DNA of 64,000 nucleotides. It comes from an uncultured Pseudomonadota bacterium. Lineage in GTDB: Bacteria; Pseudomonadota; Gammaproteobacteria; Xanthomonadales; Rhodanobacteraceae. The stretch is from positions 72,498 through 136,497 of the forward strand of contig CAWCCR010000007.1 of assembly GCA_963794205.1 (NCBI GenBank). Reading direction: 5' to 3'. The first letter of the stretch is position 1, and every line of letters starts with the position of its first letter. Position numbers and translations under genes: made by a program. The notes under the pieces are model-generated. The model was not told where the DNA came from. It worked only from the letters and a program-made list of their open reading frames with translations, and made no database searches. Positions 39,552 through 49,562 of the stretch are shown one piece after another.

Positions 39552-41649
39552 GCGGCGGAGCGGCGCTGGTGGCGGGCGCCGGCGTGGTGGACGCAGCGGG
39601 CGCGGGAGCCGTACCGGCCCTGGCGGGAGAGTCCGCACCGCTGATGGCCGGCGCCGGCGCGGATCGGGCCCGTGGCAGATTCGGCGGCGCCGGAGCGAAA
39701 TGCTGCAGGTTCTCCGGCAGCGGCGGCATCGGCGTTGGCGCATCGCTCTGCGAACCCTGGATCGGGGCGTTCTGCTGCTGGCGCAGCACGCGGTACTTCT
39801 CGGCGGTGTAGGCGTTGGCCAGCGCCTGGTTCGAAAGGATCACCGGATGCAGAAAGATCATCAGGTTCTGCTTCTGCCGTTCGCGCGAGGTCGAGCGGAA
39901 CAGGTGCCCGACCAGCGGCAGGCTGCCCAGCAGCGGCACCTTCTGCACCGAGTCCTTGTAGGTGTCCTGGATCAGCCCGCCCAGCACGATGATCGAGTCG
40001 CTGTCGGTGATCACCACGGTCTTGATCTGGCGCTTGTTGGTAATCAGGTCGGTGGCACCGGTGACCGATGGCGCCAGGCTCGACACCGTCAGCTCAAGCT
40101 TGAGGCGCACGCTGTCGCCCATGTTGATCTGCGGCGTCACCTTGAGGGTGATGCCGATGTCCTTGCGCTCGATGGTCTGGAACGGGCTGCTGACCACGCC
40201 GCCGCCGGTCGGCGTCTGCGTGGTGCTGTAGCTGCCGGTCAGGAAGGGCACGTTCTGGCCGACGACGATCTCGGCCTCCTTGTTGTCCAGCGTCAGCAGG
40301 CTGGGCGTGGACAGGATGTTGGTCGCGGAGTTGGACGACAGCGCGTTCAGCAGCAGGCCGTAGCGGGTCTGCCCGGCGCGATTGCTGCCGAAGCCCAGCA
40401 GCAGGCCGGGCTGGCCCGCCAGCGCCCCCGCGGTCGCCACCGAGCCCGCGGCCAGCGTGGTCAGCGGCAGCGCGCCGTTGCTGAAATTGGTCAGCGCCGC
40501 CGGACCCTGGTTGGATCCGCGGTTGGGCAGCACGGCGATCTGCGCGCCGAGTTGCCGCGAGAGGTCGCCCGAGACCTCGGCGATGATCGCGTCGATCAGC
40601 ACTTCCTTGGGCCGGATATCGAGCTGGCGCACGATCTCGCGCAGATCGCGCAGCTTGTCGGGCGGCCCGGTCAGGATCAGCGCATTGCTGGCGCTGTCGG
40701 CCTGGATGTTGACCGGGCTCTCGGCCACGGACCTGGACTTGCCGTCGGCCGACTGCTGGTGCGAGACGATCTCGCCCAGCACCTTCGCGATGTCCCCGGC
40801 CTTGGCATAGCGCAGGAACACGACGCGCGAATTGCCGGCCTGCGGCAGTGGCACGTCGAGGCGGCCGACCAGGGCACGCACGCGCGCCTGGGCTGCGCTG
40901 TCACCGGCCAGCAGGAGGCTGTTGGTGCGCCGATCGGCCACCACGCGCGCCTGCGGCAGGGCGGACTCGGCGCCCGCCGGCGGCTCCTGCAGCTCGTTGA
41001 TGGTGCGGGCGACGTCCTCGGCCGACGCGTGTTGCAGCTGGATCACGCTGATGCCGGCCTCGCCGGGGCGGTCGAGTTGGGCGACCAGGCGCATCACCCG
41101 CGCGACGTTGTCCGCGCGGTCGGTGACGATCAGCATGTTGCCGGGCGGATAGGCCGCCAGCAGCGCCTGCGGCGGCAGCAGCGGGCGCAGCATCGTCGCC
41201 AGCTGCGTCGCGCCGACGTTCTGCACGCGGATGACGCGGGTGACCATCTCCTCGCCCTGGCCATGCAGCTGCAGGCTCTGGCGGGCGTTGATCGCCGGCA
41301 CGATCTTGACCACCGCGCCGGCCGGCACCGCCGAGTAGCCATACACGTCCAGCACCGACAGGAACACCTGGTACAAGGCGTCACGGTCCATCGGCGAGGA
41401 AGAGACCACGGTGACGTTGCCACGTACGCGCGGATCGACCACGAAGTTGATGCCGGTGGCCTTGGACACGGTGTCGATCAGGGTCCGGATGTCGACGTCG
41501 CGCAGATTGAGGGTGACCTCGTCGCCGGCCGCCGCCGCAGCCGCTGGCGCCGGAGTGTTCGGCACATGCTGCGCGGCCGCCCGCAATGGCAGCGCGAGCA
41601 CGAGTACGAGCATCAGCAGACCGGACGACAGGGCAGTGCGCTGGGTCAT
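39538..41649 (-). CDS. gspD: T2SS secretin D
   Basis: N0 domain NFVVDPRVRG; EVLIDAIIAEV; LSTPSLLTLDNKEAEIVVGQNVP; KVPLLGSLP. Confidence 0.95.
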   Translation of the reverse strand: MTQRTALSSGLLMLVLVLALPLRAAAQHVPNTPAPAAAAAAGDEVTLNLRDVDIRTLIDTVSKATGINFVVDPRVRGNVTVVSSSPMDRDALYQVFLSVLDVYGYSAVPAGAVVKIVPAINARQSLQLHGQGEEMVTRVIRVQNVGATQLATMLRPLLPPQALLAAYPPGNMLIVTDRADNVARVMRLVAQLDRPGEAGISVIQLQHASAEDVARTINELQEPPAGAESALPQARVVADRRTNSLLLAGDSAAQARVRALVGRLDVPLPQAGNSRVVFLRYAKAGDIAKVLGEIVSHQQSADGKSRSVAESPVNIQADSASNALILTGPPDKLRDLREIVRQLDIRPKEVLIDAIIAEVSGDLSRQLGAQIAVLPNRGSNQGPAALTNFSNGALPLTTLAAGSVATAGALAGQPGLLLGFGSNRAGQTRYGLLLNALSSNSATNILSTPSLLTLDNKEAEIVVGQNVPFLTGSYSTTQTPTGGGVVSSPFQTIERKDIGITLKVTPQINMGDSVRLKLELTVSSLAPSVTGATDLITNKRQIKTVVITDSDSIIVLGGLIQDTYKDSVQKVPLLGSLPLVGHLFRSTSRERQKQNLMIFLHPVILSNQALANAYTAEKYRVLRQQQNAPIQGSQSDAPTPMPPLPENLQHFAPAPPNLPRARSAPAPAISGADSPARAGTAPAPAASTTPAPATSAAPPHGSR

Positions 41650-41737
41650 GGCGTGACCGCAAAGGAAAGGAGGATCGTAGCAGCCGGTCGCGGTCGCGCC
41701 GGAGCCCGCGGCAACTGGCGGCAAGCAGGCGCCGGCA

Positions 41738-42586
41738 TCAGGGCGCCTGCGGGCCGAGATTGAGCGTGCGGCCGTCGCGCATCACGGTCAGCGTCGGCGG
41801 CTGGCCATCGCGCAGCCGCCCCTGAACCGCCTGCATGGCCTGCACCGGGCCGCCCAGCGGCGTGCCGTCGATCGCGGTGATCACGTCGCCCGGCCGCAGG
41901 CCGAGGCGCACCAGCAACACCGGATTGACGCCCGGCAACACGCGGTAGCCGGCGATGCGGCCGTCCTTGATCACCGGCTGGGCGCGGCCCAGCGCGCCGA
42001 AGTTCAGCATGCCGCCACGGGTCGGAGGCCAGGGTGCCGGCCCGGATGCGCCGTTCGCGCCGGATGGCGGCGTGCCTGTCGCGGGTGACCCGGCTTCCAT
42101 CATCGCCTCGGGACCCTCGATGGCGGGCGGCGATTCCGCGCCGCTCGATACCGGTCTGGGCAGCGTCAGCGCGGCGACCCCGGCCGCGGTACGCAGCAAT
42201 ACCCGGTCGGGATAGACCGCAGCCACCACCACGCCGTCGGGCAACCTCTCGCCGCTGGCGTAGGCGCGTGCCGGCACACTGGCGGAGCCGGCCAGCAGGG
42301 CATAGCCGCGACCGTCATGCACCGCATAGACGCCTTCAAGGCGCAGGCCGAGCAGCGCCGCCGCCGCCGCGCTGCCGCCACCGCCGAACAGGTGCGCGGC
42401 CAGCAGGCGATCGAGCGGACTGGACGACGGCGCACTGGAGGACATGGCCACGGACGGCGTCGGATGCAGCGCCGCACGCACGAGCAGGCCGCTGCGCAGC
42501 AGGTTCCACGCTGCCAGCAATCCCAGCAGCAAAGCCGCGACCCAGAGCAGGTGCGGCAGCCGGCGCGTGGAGGATCCCCAGCGCAT
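41738..42586 (-). CDS. gspC: T2SS protein C with PDZ domain
   Basis: TM, HLFG, LRLEGV, VYPDRVLL (HR domain); GLRPGDVITAIDG (PDZ). Confidence 0.85.
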   Translation of the reverse strand: MRWGSSTRRLPHLLWVAALLLGLLAAWNLLRSGLLVRAALHPTPSVAMSSSAPSSSPLDRLLAAHLFGGGGSAAAAALLGLRLEGVYAVHDGRGYALLAGSASVPARAYASGERLPDGVVVAAVYPDRVLLRTAAGVAALTLPRPVSSGAESPPAIEGPEAMMEAGSPATGTPPSGANGASGPAPWPPTRGGMLNFGALGRAQPVIKDGRIAGYRVLPGVNPVLLVRLGLRPGDVITAIDGTPLGGPVQAMQAVQGRLRDGQPPTLTVMRDGRTLNLGPQAP

Positions 42587-42600
42587 GTGCAATGGCGACT

Positions 42601-43197
42601 TCAGCGACCTTCCCCCGCGCTGCGCGTCGCGCGCAGCCTCAGCCATCCCAGACGCAGCAGGATAAAGGCCGCGCCCCCCAGCGCGCCATACAGATGCGCC
42701 TGCGGCACCACCGCGCCGCCGAGATCGCGCGTTTCGCCAGGCAGGGCGCCGGCATGCAGGGTCCAGCCGATCACAGCCGCCATGCCCAGCAGCAGCGCGC
42801 CGGCGTACAACGGGCGTTGATGCCATTCCAGCAGCGCACCGGCACAGAACAGGCCGAACAGTACCCCCGAGATGCCGACGTACCACTCGACCTGCGGACT
42901 GAAGACGAGCAGGCCGAGACCGACTGCCGTGGCGCAGGCCAGGATCAGCACCAGCCAGGTACGATCGCGCATCCGCGGTGCGAACAGGCCCCAGATCAGG
43001 AACAGGCCGGCCAGATCGCGCAGCAGATGCACCCAGCCCAGATGCACCAGGTTGCCCGTCAGCAGGCGCCAGAGCTGGCCGTGCAGCACCGCGGCACGCC
43101 GGTACTCGAGCGCATCGCGCAGGCCCAGCGCCTGCAACGCGAGCAGCAGGGCCGCCAGCAGCAGCGGCAGGCGCCATACGCGCAGCATGCGGCGCAC
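42601..43197 (-). CDS. Rhombosortase (rhomboid-family intramembrane protease)
   Basis: GQLWRLLTGNLVHLGWVHL, YVGISGVL (catalytic Ser), AHLYGALGG (catalytic His); ~200 aa multi-TM; GlyGly-CTERM target nearby. Confidence 0.88.
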   Translation of the reverse strand: MRRMLRVWRLPLLLAALLLALQALGLRDALEYRRAAVLHGQLWRLLTGNLVHLGWVHLLRDLAGLFLIWGLFAPRMRDRTWLVLILACATAVGLGLLVFSPQVEWYVGISGVLFGLFCAGALLEWHQRPLYAGALLLGMAAVIGWTLHAGALPGETRDLGGAVVPQAHLYGALGGAAFILLRLGWLRLRATRSAGEGR

Positions 43198-43228
43198 TGC
43201 GCTCACCGGATCGGCATGCCTGCGGTGG

Positions 43229-45469
43229 TCACGCGCTCTGCACCCGCTCCACGCGCCGGAAGCCGCGTGGCAGAAGGCCACCACGACTGGCGCGGTTGCC
43301 GCCATACGCGACCAGATCGGGCCACTTCAGGATCAGCTTGCGCTGGCCGGCATGCAGGGTGACCTCGCCAATGCCTTCGCTCACCACGGCGATGCCGGCC
43401 ACGCGTTCCTCGCCCGAGACCAGCTTGGCTTTCGGGATCTCGATCAACTTGTTGCCCTTGCCGCCCTTGTCCAGCTCGGGCAGCTCGGCAACCGAGAACA
43501 TCAGCAAATGGCCGTCGCTGGTGGCGACCACGATGCGGTCGCGCGCCGGATCGGCAACCGCGGCCGGCGCCAGCACGCGCGCACCGTCCTCGAGGTGGAT
43601 CACCTGCCTGCCGGCCTTGTTGCGTCCGCACAGGGTCTCGAATGCGGTGACGAAGCCGTAGCCGAAGTCCGAGGCCAGCACCAGACGCGATTCGGCATCC
43701 GCGATCGCGATCGCGTCGAAGTGCGCGCCCGCCGGCGGGGTGAAGCGCCCGGTCAGCGGCTCGCCGTTGCCGCGCGCCGACGGCAGGCTGTGCGCCGGCG
43801 TCGAATAGCTGCGTCCGGTGGAGTCGATGAACGCCGCCTGTTGCGTGGTGCGGCCCGCGCCGGCCGCGCGGAAGCCGTCGCCTTCCCGGAAATTCAGCTC
43901 GCCGGGATCGATGTCGTGCCCCTTGGCCGCGCGCACCCAGCCCTTCTGGCTGAGCACCACGGTCACCGGCTCGGAGGCGACCAGAGCGCTCTCATCCAGC
44001 GCCTGCGCGACCTCGCGCTCGACCAGCGGCGCGCGGCGCCCGTCGCCGTATTTGGCGGCGTCGGCCTTGAGTTCGTCCTTGAGCAGCGACTTCAGCTTGG
44101 CTGGCGACTTCAACAGCACGCTGATCCGTGCACGCTCTTCCTCGAGCTGGTCGCGCTCGGCATTGATCTGCATCTCCTCCAGCCGCGCCAGCTGACGCAA
44201 GCGGGTCTCGAGGATGTAGTCGGTCTGCTCCTCGCTGAGCGCGAAGCGTCGCATCAGCACAGGGCGCGGCTCATCCTCGTTGCGCACGATGCGGATCACC
44301 TCGTCGAGATTGAGGTAGGCGATGCGCAGGCCTTCGAGCAGATGCAGACGGCGCTCGACCCTGGCCAGACGATGATTGAGGCGACGCGTGAGGGTATCGG
44401 TGCGAAAGCGCAGCCACTCGTCGAGGATCGCGCGCAGCCCCTTGACCTGCGGGCGACCGTCGAGGCCGATCATGTTCAGGTTGACGCGGAAGCTCTTCTC
44501 GAGATCGGTCGTCGCCAGCAGGTGCTGCATCATCGCGTCGAGATCGACGCGGTTGGAGCGCGGCACCAGCACCAGCCGGATCGGGTTGGCGTGATCGGAC
44601 TCGTCGCGCAGGTCCTCCAGCATCGGCAGTTTCCTGGCGCGCATCTGCGCCGCGATCTGCTCGAGGATCTTCGATGGCGACACCTGGTACGGCAGCGCGG
44701 TGATCACCACGTTGCCGTCTTCCTGGGCGTATACCGCGCGGCAGCGCACCGAGCCGATGCCGGCCGCGTACATCGCCAGCAGCTCGCGGCGCGGCGTGAT
44801 GATCTCGGCGGCGGTCGGGAAATCCGGTCCGCGCACGTGCTCGCAGAGATCGGCGGTGGTGGCGGCGGGATCGTCCAGCAGGCGGATGCAGGCGCTGGCC
44901 ACCTCACGCAGGTTGTGCGGCGGGATGTCGGTCGCCATGCCGACGGCGATGCCGGTCGAACCGTTGAGCAGCACGTGCGGCAGTCGCGCCGGAAGCCACG
45001 ACGGCTCCTCCAGGGTGCCGTCGAAATTCGGCGTCCACTCCACCGTGCCCTGGCCCAGTTCGCCCAGCAGCATCTCGGCGATCGGGGTCAGCTTGGACTC
45101 GGTGTAGCGCATCGCCGCGAAGCTCTTGGGATCGTCCGGCGAGCCGAAGTTGCCCTGGCCGTCGATCAGCGGATAGCGGTAGGAGAACGGCTGCGCCATC
45201 AGCACCAGCGCCTCGTAGCAGGCGCTGTCGCCATGCGGGTGAAACTTGCCGATCACGTCGCCCACCGTACGCGCGGATTTCTTCGGCTTGGAGCCCGCGG
45301 CCAGGCCCAGCTCGCTCATCGCGTAGACGATGCGCCGCTGCACCGGCTTCAGTCCGTCGCCAATGAACGGCAGAGCGCGGTCCAGTACCACGTACATCGA
45401 ATAATCGAGGTAGGCGCGTTCGGCGTATTCCTTGAGCGGAATCTGTTCGTAGTTGGCTTGCACGGTCAT
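43229..45469 (-). CDS. parC: DNA topoisomerase IV subunit A
   Basis: [33 protein letters not shown]. Confidence 0.97.
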   Translation of the reverse strand: MTVQANYEQIPLKEYAERAYLDYSMYVVLDRALPFIGDGLKPVQRRIVYAMSELGLAAGSKPKKSARTVGDVIGKFHPHGDSACYEALVLMAQPFSYRYPLIDGQGNFGSPDDPKSFAAMRYTESKLTPIAEMLLGELGQGTVEWTPNFDGTLEEPSWLPARLPHVLLNGSTGIAVGMATDIPPHNLREVASACIRLLDDPAATTADLCEHVRGPDFPTAAEIITPRRELLAMYAAGIGSVRCRAVYAQEDGNVVITALPYQVSPSKILEQIAAQMRARKLPMLEDLRDESDHANPIRLVLVPRSNRVDLDAMMQHLLATTDLEKSFRVNLNMIGLDGRPQVKGLRAILDEWLRFRTDTLTRRLNHRLARVERRLHLLEGLRIAYLNLDEVIRIVRNEDEPRPVLMRRFALSEEQTDYILETRLRQLARLEEMQINAERDQLEEERARISVLLKSPAKLKSLLKDELKADAAKYGDGRRAPLVEREVAQALDESALVASEPVTVVLSQKGWVRAAKGHDIDPGELNFREGDGFRAAGAGRTTQQAAFIDSTGRSYSTPAHSLPSARGNGEPLTGRFTPPAGAHFDAIAIADAESRLVLASDFGYGFVTAFETLCGRNKAGRQVIHLEDGARVLAPAAVADPARDRIVVATSDGHLLMFSVAELPELDKGGKGNKLIEIPKAKLVSGEERVAGIAVVSEGIGEVTLHAGQRKLILKWPDLVAYGGNRASRGGLLPRGFRRVERVQSA

Positions 45470-45674
45470 CGGGATGCTTCAAGGCGCGCGCGGCGCGGGC
45501 AGACCCGGGATGGTGCCAGAGCGAAGGCATTGCGGGATAGGTCGCGACGGTCGTGCCCGCGTGATGCCTTGAAGGGCATCGTGCGCGGCGATCGCGGGGT
45601 GCAGGGATGCGGTCGGAGAGCCGCTCCGGGACGGATCGGCGCATCCGGGCATTTCCCAGGCCCGACAAGGCGGC

Positions 45675-45778
<104 letters not shown>

Positions 45779-45842
45779 ACCATGAACTGGCGGAAATCGC
45801 TCTCAAATCATCGCGAAGTCGCAGCTTCACGCACCCGTAAAC

Positions 45843-45935
45843 TGGCGGAGAGGGAGGGATTCGAACCCTCGATACGGCTTTTGACCGTATACACACTTTC
45901 CAGGCGTGCTCCTTCAGCCACTCGGACACCTCTCC
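45843..45935 (-). tRNA. tRNA-Ser(GGA)
   Basis: GGAGAGGTGTCCGAGTGG...CACGC-CT-GGA-AA-GTGTG, long variable arm, GGTTCGAATCC, CCA end. Confidence 0.96.
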
Positions 45936-46114
45936 GCGCCTGGTGCTTCCATCCGGCATGCCACCGGCCGGCAGGGACACGAAAGCATAGCGGTCGCGCT
46001 GCGGCGAGACAAGCCGATCCGGCCGCAACCGGTCACGGGCGATGCATCGCAACCGCGCGCCGAAGCGCGCGATTGGTCGCGGAGCCCGCGAGTTGGCACA
46101 ATCGGCTTCCGCCA

Positions 46115-46268
46115 GGGATGGTCTGGACAAGTTCAGACCTTCCTCAGGCCATGGACGGCTTGCCGCGCATCGAGCACGCGAGTGCTTGATGCGGCATAGC
46201 CGAGTCCGGACCTGCGCCGGACTCGACCCCCTCTGACAAGTCCAGGATGGGCTTGTTCAGAGGTTCCC
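46115..46268. mobile_element. MITE-like element, copy 2 (IS5-like ends)
   Basis: Imperfect terminal inverted repeats GGGATGGTCTGGACAAG / CTTGTTCAGAGGTTCCC; internal hairpins; homologous to 134-285. Confidence 0.7.
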
Positions 46269-46283
46269 CAGACAGGTGTCGGC

Positions 46284-47903
46284 ATGTCCTATCAGGTACT
46301 CGCGCGCAAGTGGCGCCCTCGACGCTTCTCCGAGCTGGTCGGCCAGGAACACGTGGTGCGCGCGCTCAGCAACGCCCTCGACGGCGGGCGCATGCACCAT
46401 GCCTACCTGTTCACCGGCACGCGCGGGGTCGGCAAGACCACCATCGCGCGCATCTTCGCCAAGTCGCTCAACTGCGAGCGCGGAGCCTCCGCCGATCCCT
46501 GTGGCGAGTGCGCGGTATGCGCCGCGGTGGACGCTGGTCGTTTCGTCGACCTGCTCGAGATTGACGCCGCTTCCAACACCGGCGTCGACGACGTGCGCGA
46601 GGTGATCGAGAATGCGCAGTACGCGCCGACCCGAGGCCGCCACAAGGTGTACCTGGTGGACGAGGTACACATGCTGTCGAAAAACGCGTTCAACGCCCTG
46701 CTGAAAACGCTGGAAGAACCGCCGCCACACGTGGTCTTTCTGCTGGCGACCACGGATCCGCAGAAGCTGCCGGTGACAGTGCTGTCGCGCTGCCTCAAGT
46801 TCAACCTCAAGCGCCTGTTGCCGGCGCAGATCGAGGGCCAGATGCGGCACATCCTCGATGCCGAGGCGGTGACCTGCGAGCCCGAGGCGCTGGCGGAGCT
46901 GGCGCGCGCTGCCGACGGATCGTTGCGCGACGGCCTGTCGCTGCTGGATCAGGCGATCGCCTATGGTGATGGCGCCGTGCGCACCGGCGAGGTGCGCGCG
47001 ATGCTGGGCACCATCGCGCGCGCCGAGGTGGTCGGCCTGGTCGCGGCGATCGCCGCCGGCGACGGCGCTGCGCTGATGGCCGAAGCGGAGCGCATCGAGG
47101 CCTTCGCGCCGGATTTCGGCGCCGTGCTCAATGATCTGGCCGCGCTTTTGCATCGTGTGCAACTGCGCCAGCTGGTGCCCGGCCTGGGCGGCGAGGACGC
47201 GGTTGCCGATGCCACGCTCGATGCACTGGCTGCGCGGCTGGCACCCGAGGACGTGCAGCTTTGCTATCAGCTGGCCGTCAGCGGGCGCCGCGATCTGCCG
47301 CTGGCGCCGGATGAAACCACCGGGTTCGAGATGGCGTTGCTGCGCATGCTGGCTTTCCGCCCGCTGCCCGAAGCCGCGGGCGCCGCGACAGCGGCGCCCG
47401 CAGGCGCGACGCACGGCGACGCAAAGCCGGCGACCGTACGCACGGCGCCACCCGCGCCTGAAGCAGCCGCGCCGGCAACCGCGCGTGCCCCATCGACGGT
47501 TTCATCCGGACTGCTGGACTGGGAAGCATTGATCGAGCGCGCCGGCTTGCGCGGAGCTCTCGGCCAGCTGGCCCGCCACGCCGTATTGCGCGGCCGCGAG
47601 GGCGATGTGCTGGTGTTGGCGCTGCCGAAACAGGATCTCCAGCTGGTTGTCGAGCCGTTTACCAGCCAACTCGAGGAAAAGCTTTCCGTGGCGATGGGTG
47701 TCGCTCGCATTCGCGTGCGTTTCGTCGCCGCCGATGCCGATGCCAATACCAGTCCGGCCGCGCGTGCCGAGCGGGCACGCAGCGAAGGGCAGGCCGCCGC
47801 AGCCGCCGCGATCGATGACGATCCGCTGGTGCAGGCACTGAAGCGCGACTTCGGTGCCCGCGTCCTGCCGCAAAGCATTCGAACCCCGGAGTCCAGCCCA
47901 TGA
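46284..47903 (+). CDS. dnaX: DNA polymerase III gamma/tau
   Basis: [38 protein letters not shown]. Confidence 0.97.
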   Translation: MSYQVLARKWRPRRFSELVGQEHVVRALSNALDGGRMHHAYLFTGTRGVGKTTIARIFAKSLNCERGASADPCGECAVCAAVDAGRFVDLLEIDAASNTGVDDVREVIENAQYAPTRGRHKVYLVDEVHMLSKNAFNALLKTLEEPPPHVVFLLATTDPQKLPVTVLSRCLKFNLKRLLPAQIEGQMRHILDAEAVTCEPEALAELARAADGSLRDGLSLLDQAIAYGDGAVRTGEVRAMLGTIARAEVVGLVAAIAAGDGAALMAEAERIEAFAPDFGAVLNDLAALLHRVQLRQLVPGLGGEDAVADATLDALAARLAPEDVQLCYQLAVSGRRDLPLAPDETTGFEMALLRMLAFRPLPEAAGAATAAPAGATHGDAKPATVRTAPPAPEAAAPATARAPSTVSSGLLDWEALIERAGLRGALGQLARHAVLRGREGDVLVLALPKQDLQLVVEPFTSQLEEKLSVAMGVARIRVRFVAADADANTSPAARAERARSEGQAAAAAAIDDDPLVQALKRDFGARVLPQSIRTPESSP

Positions 47904-48226
47904 TGAAGGCGCAGATCGCGCAGATGATGCAGCAGGCCCAGCGCATGCAGGAGGAGATGAAGCGTGCGCAGGATGAGCTTGCCCAGACCGAAGTCACCGG
48001 CAGCGCCGGCGGCGGCGTGGTCAGCGTCAGCATGAGCGGGCGTCACGAGGTGCGCCGCGTGCGCATCGATCGCGCGTTGTTCGCGGACGATCCCGAAATG
48101 GCCGAGGACCTGGTCGCCGCGGCGTTCAACGACGCCGTCAACAAGATCGCCGAGGTCACGCAGCAGCGCATGGGCGGGCTCGCATCGGGCCTGAATCTGC
48201 CGCCCGGTTTCAAACTGCCGTTCTGA
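47900..48226 (+). CDS. ybaB: Nucleoid-associated protein YbaB/EbfC
   Basis: [20 protein letters not shown]; dnaX-ybaB-recR synteny. Confidence 0.95.
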   Translation: MMKAQIAQMMQQAQRMQEEMKRAQDELAQTEVTGSAGGGVVSVSMSGRHEVRRVRIDRALFADDPEMAEDLVAAAFNDAVNKIAEVTQQRMGGLASGLNLPPGFKLPF

Positions 48227-48272
48227 GCATGCCGACCTTCGCCTTCGCGACCGCGCCGCATTGGAGCCGCCC

Positions 48273-48875
48273 GTGAGTGACGCGGCGCCGTTGCTCGACC
48301 AGCTGCTGGAGGCGCTGCGCTGTCTGCCCGGTGTCGGCGCCAAATCGGCGCAGCGCATGGCGCATCATTTGCTCGAACGTGACCGCCCGGGCGGTCGCCG
48401 GCTGGCATCGGCGCTGGACGCGGCGATGCAGCGCATCGGCAACTGCACGCGCTGCCGCAACTTCAGCGAAAACGGCTTGTGCGCGCTCTGCGCCAGTGAC
48501 CGTCGCGATCCGCAATTGCTGTGCGTGGTCGAATCGCCCGCCGATCTGGCCGCCGTCGAGCAGGCCACCGGTTACCGCGGGCTGTATTTCGTCCTGCTTG
48601 GCCGGCTGTCGCCGCTGGATGGACTTGGCCCGGCCGAGCTCGGGCTCGACCTGTTGCAGCAGCGCCTGGCCGAAGGCCAGGTGCAGGAGCTGATCGTAGC
48701 CACCAATCCGACCGTCGAGGGCGAGGCGACCGCGCATTACCTGGCGCAACTGGCGCGCATCGCGGGCGTGCGGGCGACACGGCTGGCGCACGGCGTGCCG
48801 CTGGGCGGCGAGCTCGAGTACATCGACCGCGGAACCCTCGCGCACGCCTTCGGCGGGCGCCAGAGCCTGGACTGA
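48273..48875 (+). CDS. recR: Recombination mediator RecR
   Basis: [12 protein letters not shown]4 zinc finger, [22 protein letters not shown]. Confidence 0.97.
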   Translation: MSDAAPLLDQLLEALRCLPGVGAKSAQRMAHHLLERDRPGGRRLASALDAAMQRIGNCTRCRNFSENGLCALCASDRRDPQLLCVVESPADLAAVEQATGYRGLYFVLLGRLSPLDGLGPAELGLDLLQQRLAEGQVQELIVATNPTVEGEATAHYLAQLARIAGVRATRLAHGVPLGGELEYIDRGTLAHAFGGRQSLD

Positions 48876-48892
48876 TCCTACGGAGCACGGCG

Positions 48893-49240
48893 ATGGGCGA
48901 CACCCTGTTCGACAAGATCATCCGCCGCGAAATCACGGCCGACATCGTCTTCGAGGACGACGACGTGCTCGGCTTCCGCGACATCAATCCGCAAGCGCCC
49001 CTGCACGTGCTTTTCATTCCCAGGCGACGGTCGCTGCCCACGCTGGATGCCGCCGGCGCAGACGATGCGCTACTGCTCGGCAAGCTGCTGCTGGCCGCCG
49101 CCGCCTTTGCTCGCGGCGCAGGCTATGCCGACTCCGGCTACCGCTGCGTCGTCAACTGCAACCGCGACGGCGGCCAGACCGTGTACCACCTGCACATTCA
49201 TCTGCTCGCCGGCCGCCCCCTCCACTGGCCGCCGGGGTGA
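48893..49240 (+). CDS. HIT-family nucleotide-binding protein (HinT-like)
   Basis: FRDINPQAP, GQTVYHLHIHLL. Confidence 0.93.
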   Translation: MGDTLFDKIIRREITADIVFEDDDVLGFRDINPQAPLHVLFIPRRRSLPTLDAAGADDALLLGKLLLAAAAFARGAGYADSGYRCVVNCNRDGGQTVYHLHIHLLAGRPLHWPPG

Positions 49241-49424
49241 GCCGTTGCGCCTGCGATCTGCCAGTGGCAGATCGCGCGATCGCGACGAAGCGCGCAGGAT
49301 CGCGCTCGAACGCCGCAGGCGGCCCGCAGGGCGAGCGCCAGGGAAGGCGCGAGTAACGCCATCGGCGGAAAGCCGATGGCGGGGTTGCGAGCCGAGCGCG
49401 GGATGCGCGAATCCGCAACGGCTC
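49239..49424. repeat. Highly structured intergenic element bounded by 11-bp inverted repeats
   Basis: GAGCCGTTGCG (49239-49249) pairs with CGCAACGGCTC (49414-49424); internal perfect hairpins GCGATCTGCC/GGCAGATCGC and CGCCATCGGC/GCCGATGGCG. Confidence 0.55.
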
Positions 49425-49562
49425 GCGAAGCGAAGCCGGGCGGTGATCGCGCTTGCGATCTGGCGGGCGCGGATCGCGGTGTTTGGACGTCCATCGTCGC
49501 CATCGCGGCGGTATCGCGTGATAGCCTTTGCCGGCTGCCAGCAACCATCGGGCCACTCATCC

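Noticed and set aside
45843-45935. tRNA-Ser as an integration site for a genomic island
   Set aside because: No integrase and no duplicated tRNA 3' end found in the window; both flanks are core genes.
46284-47903. Programmed -1 frameshift for the DnaX gamma subunit
   Set aside because: No A-AAA-AAG or poly-A slippery site seen in the linker region.
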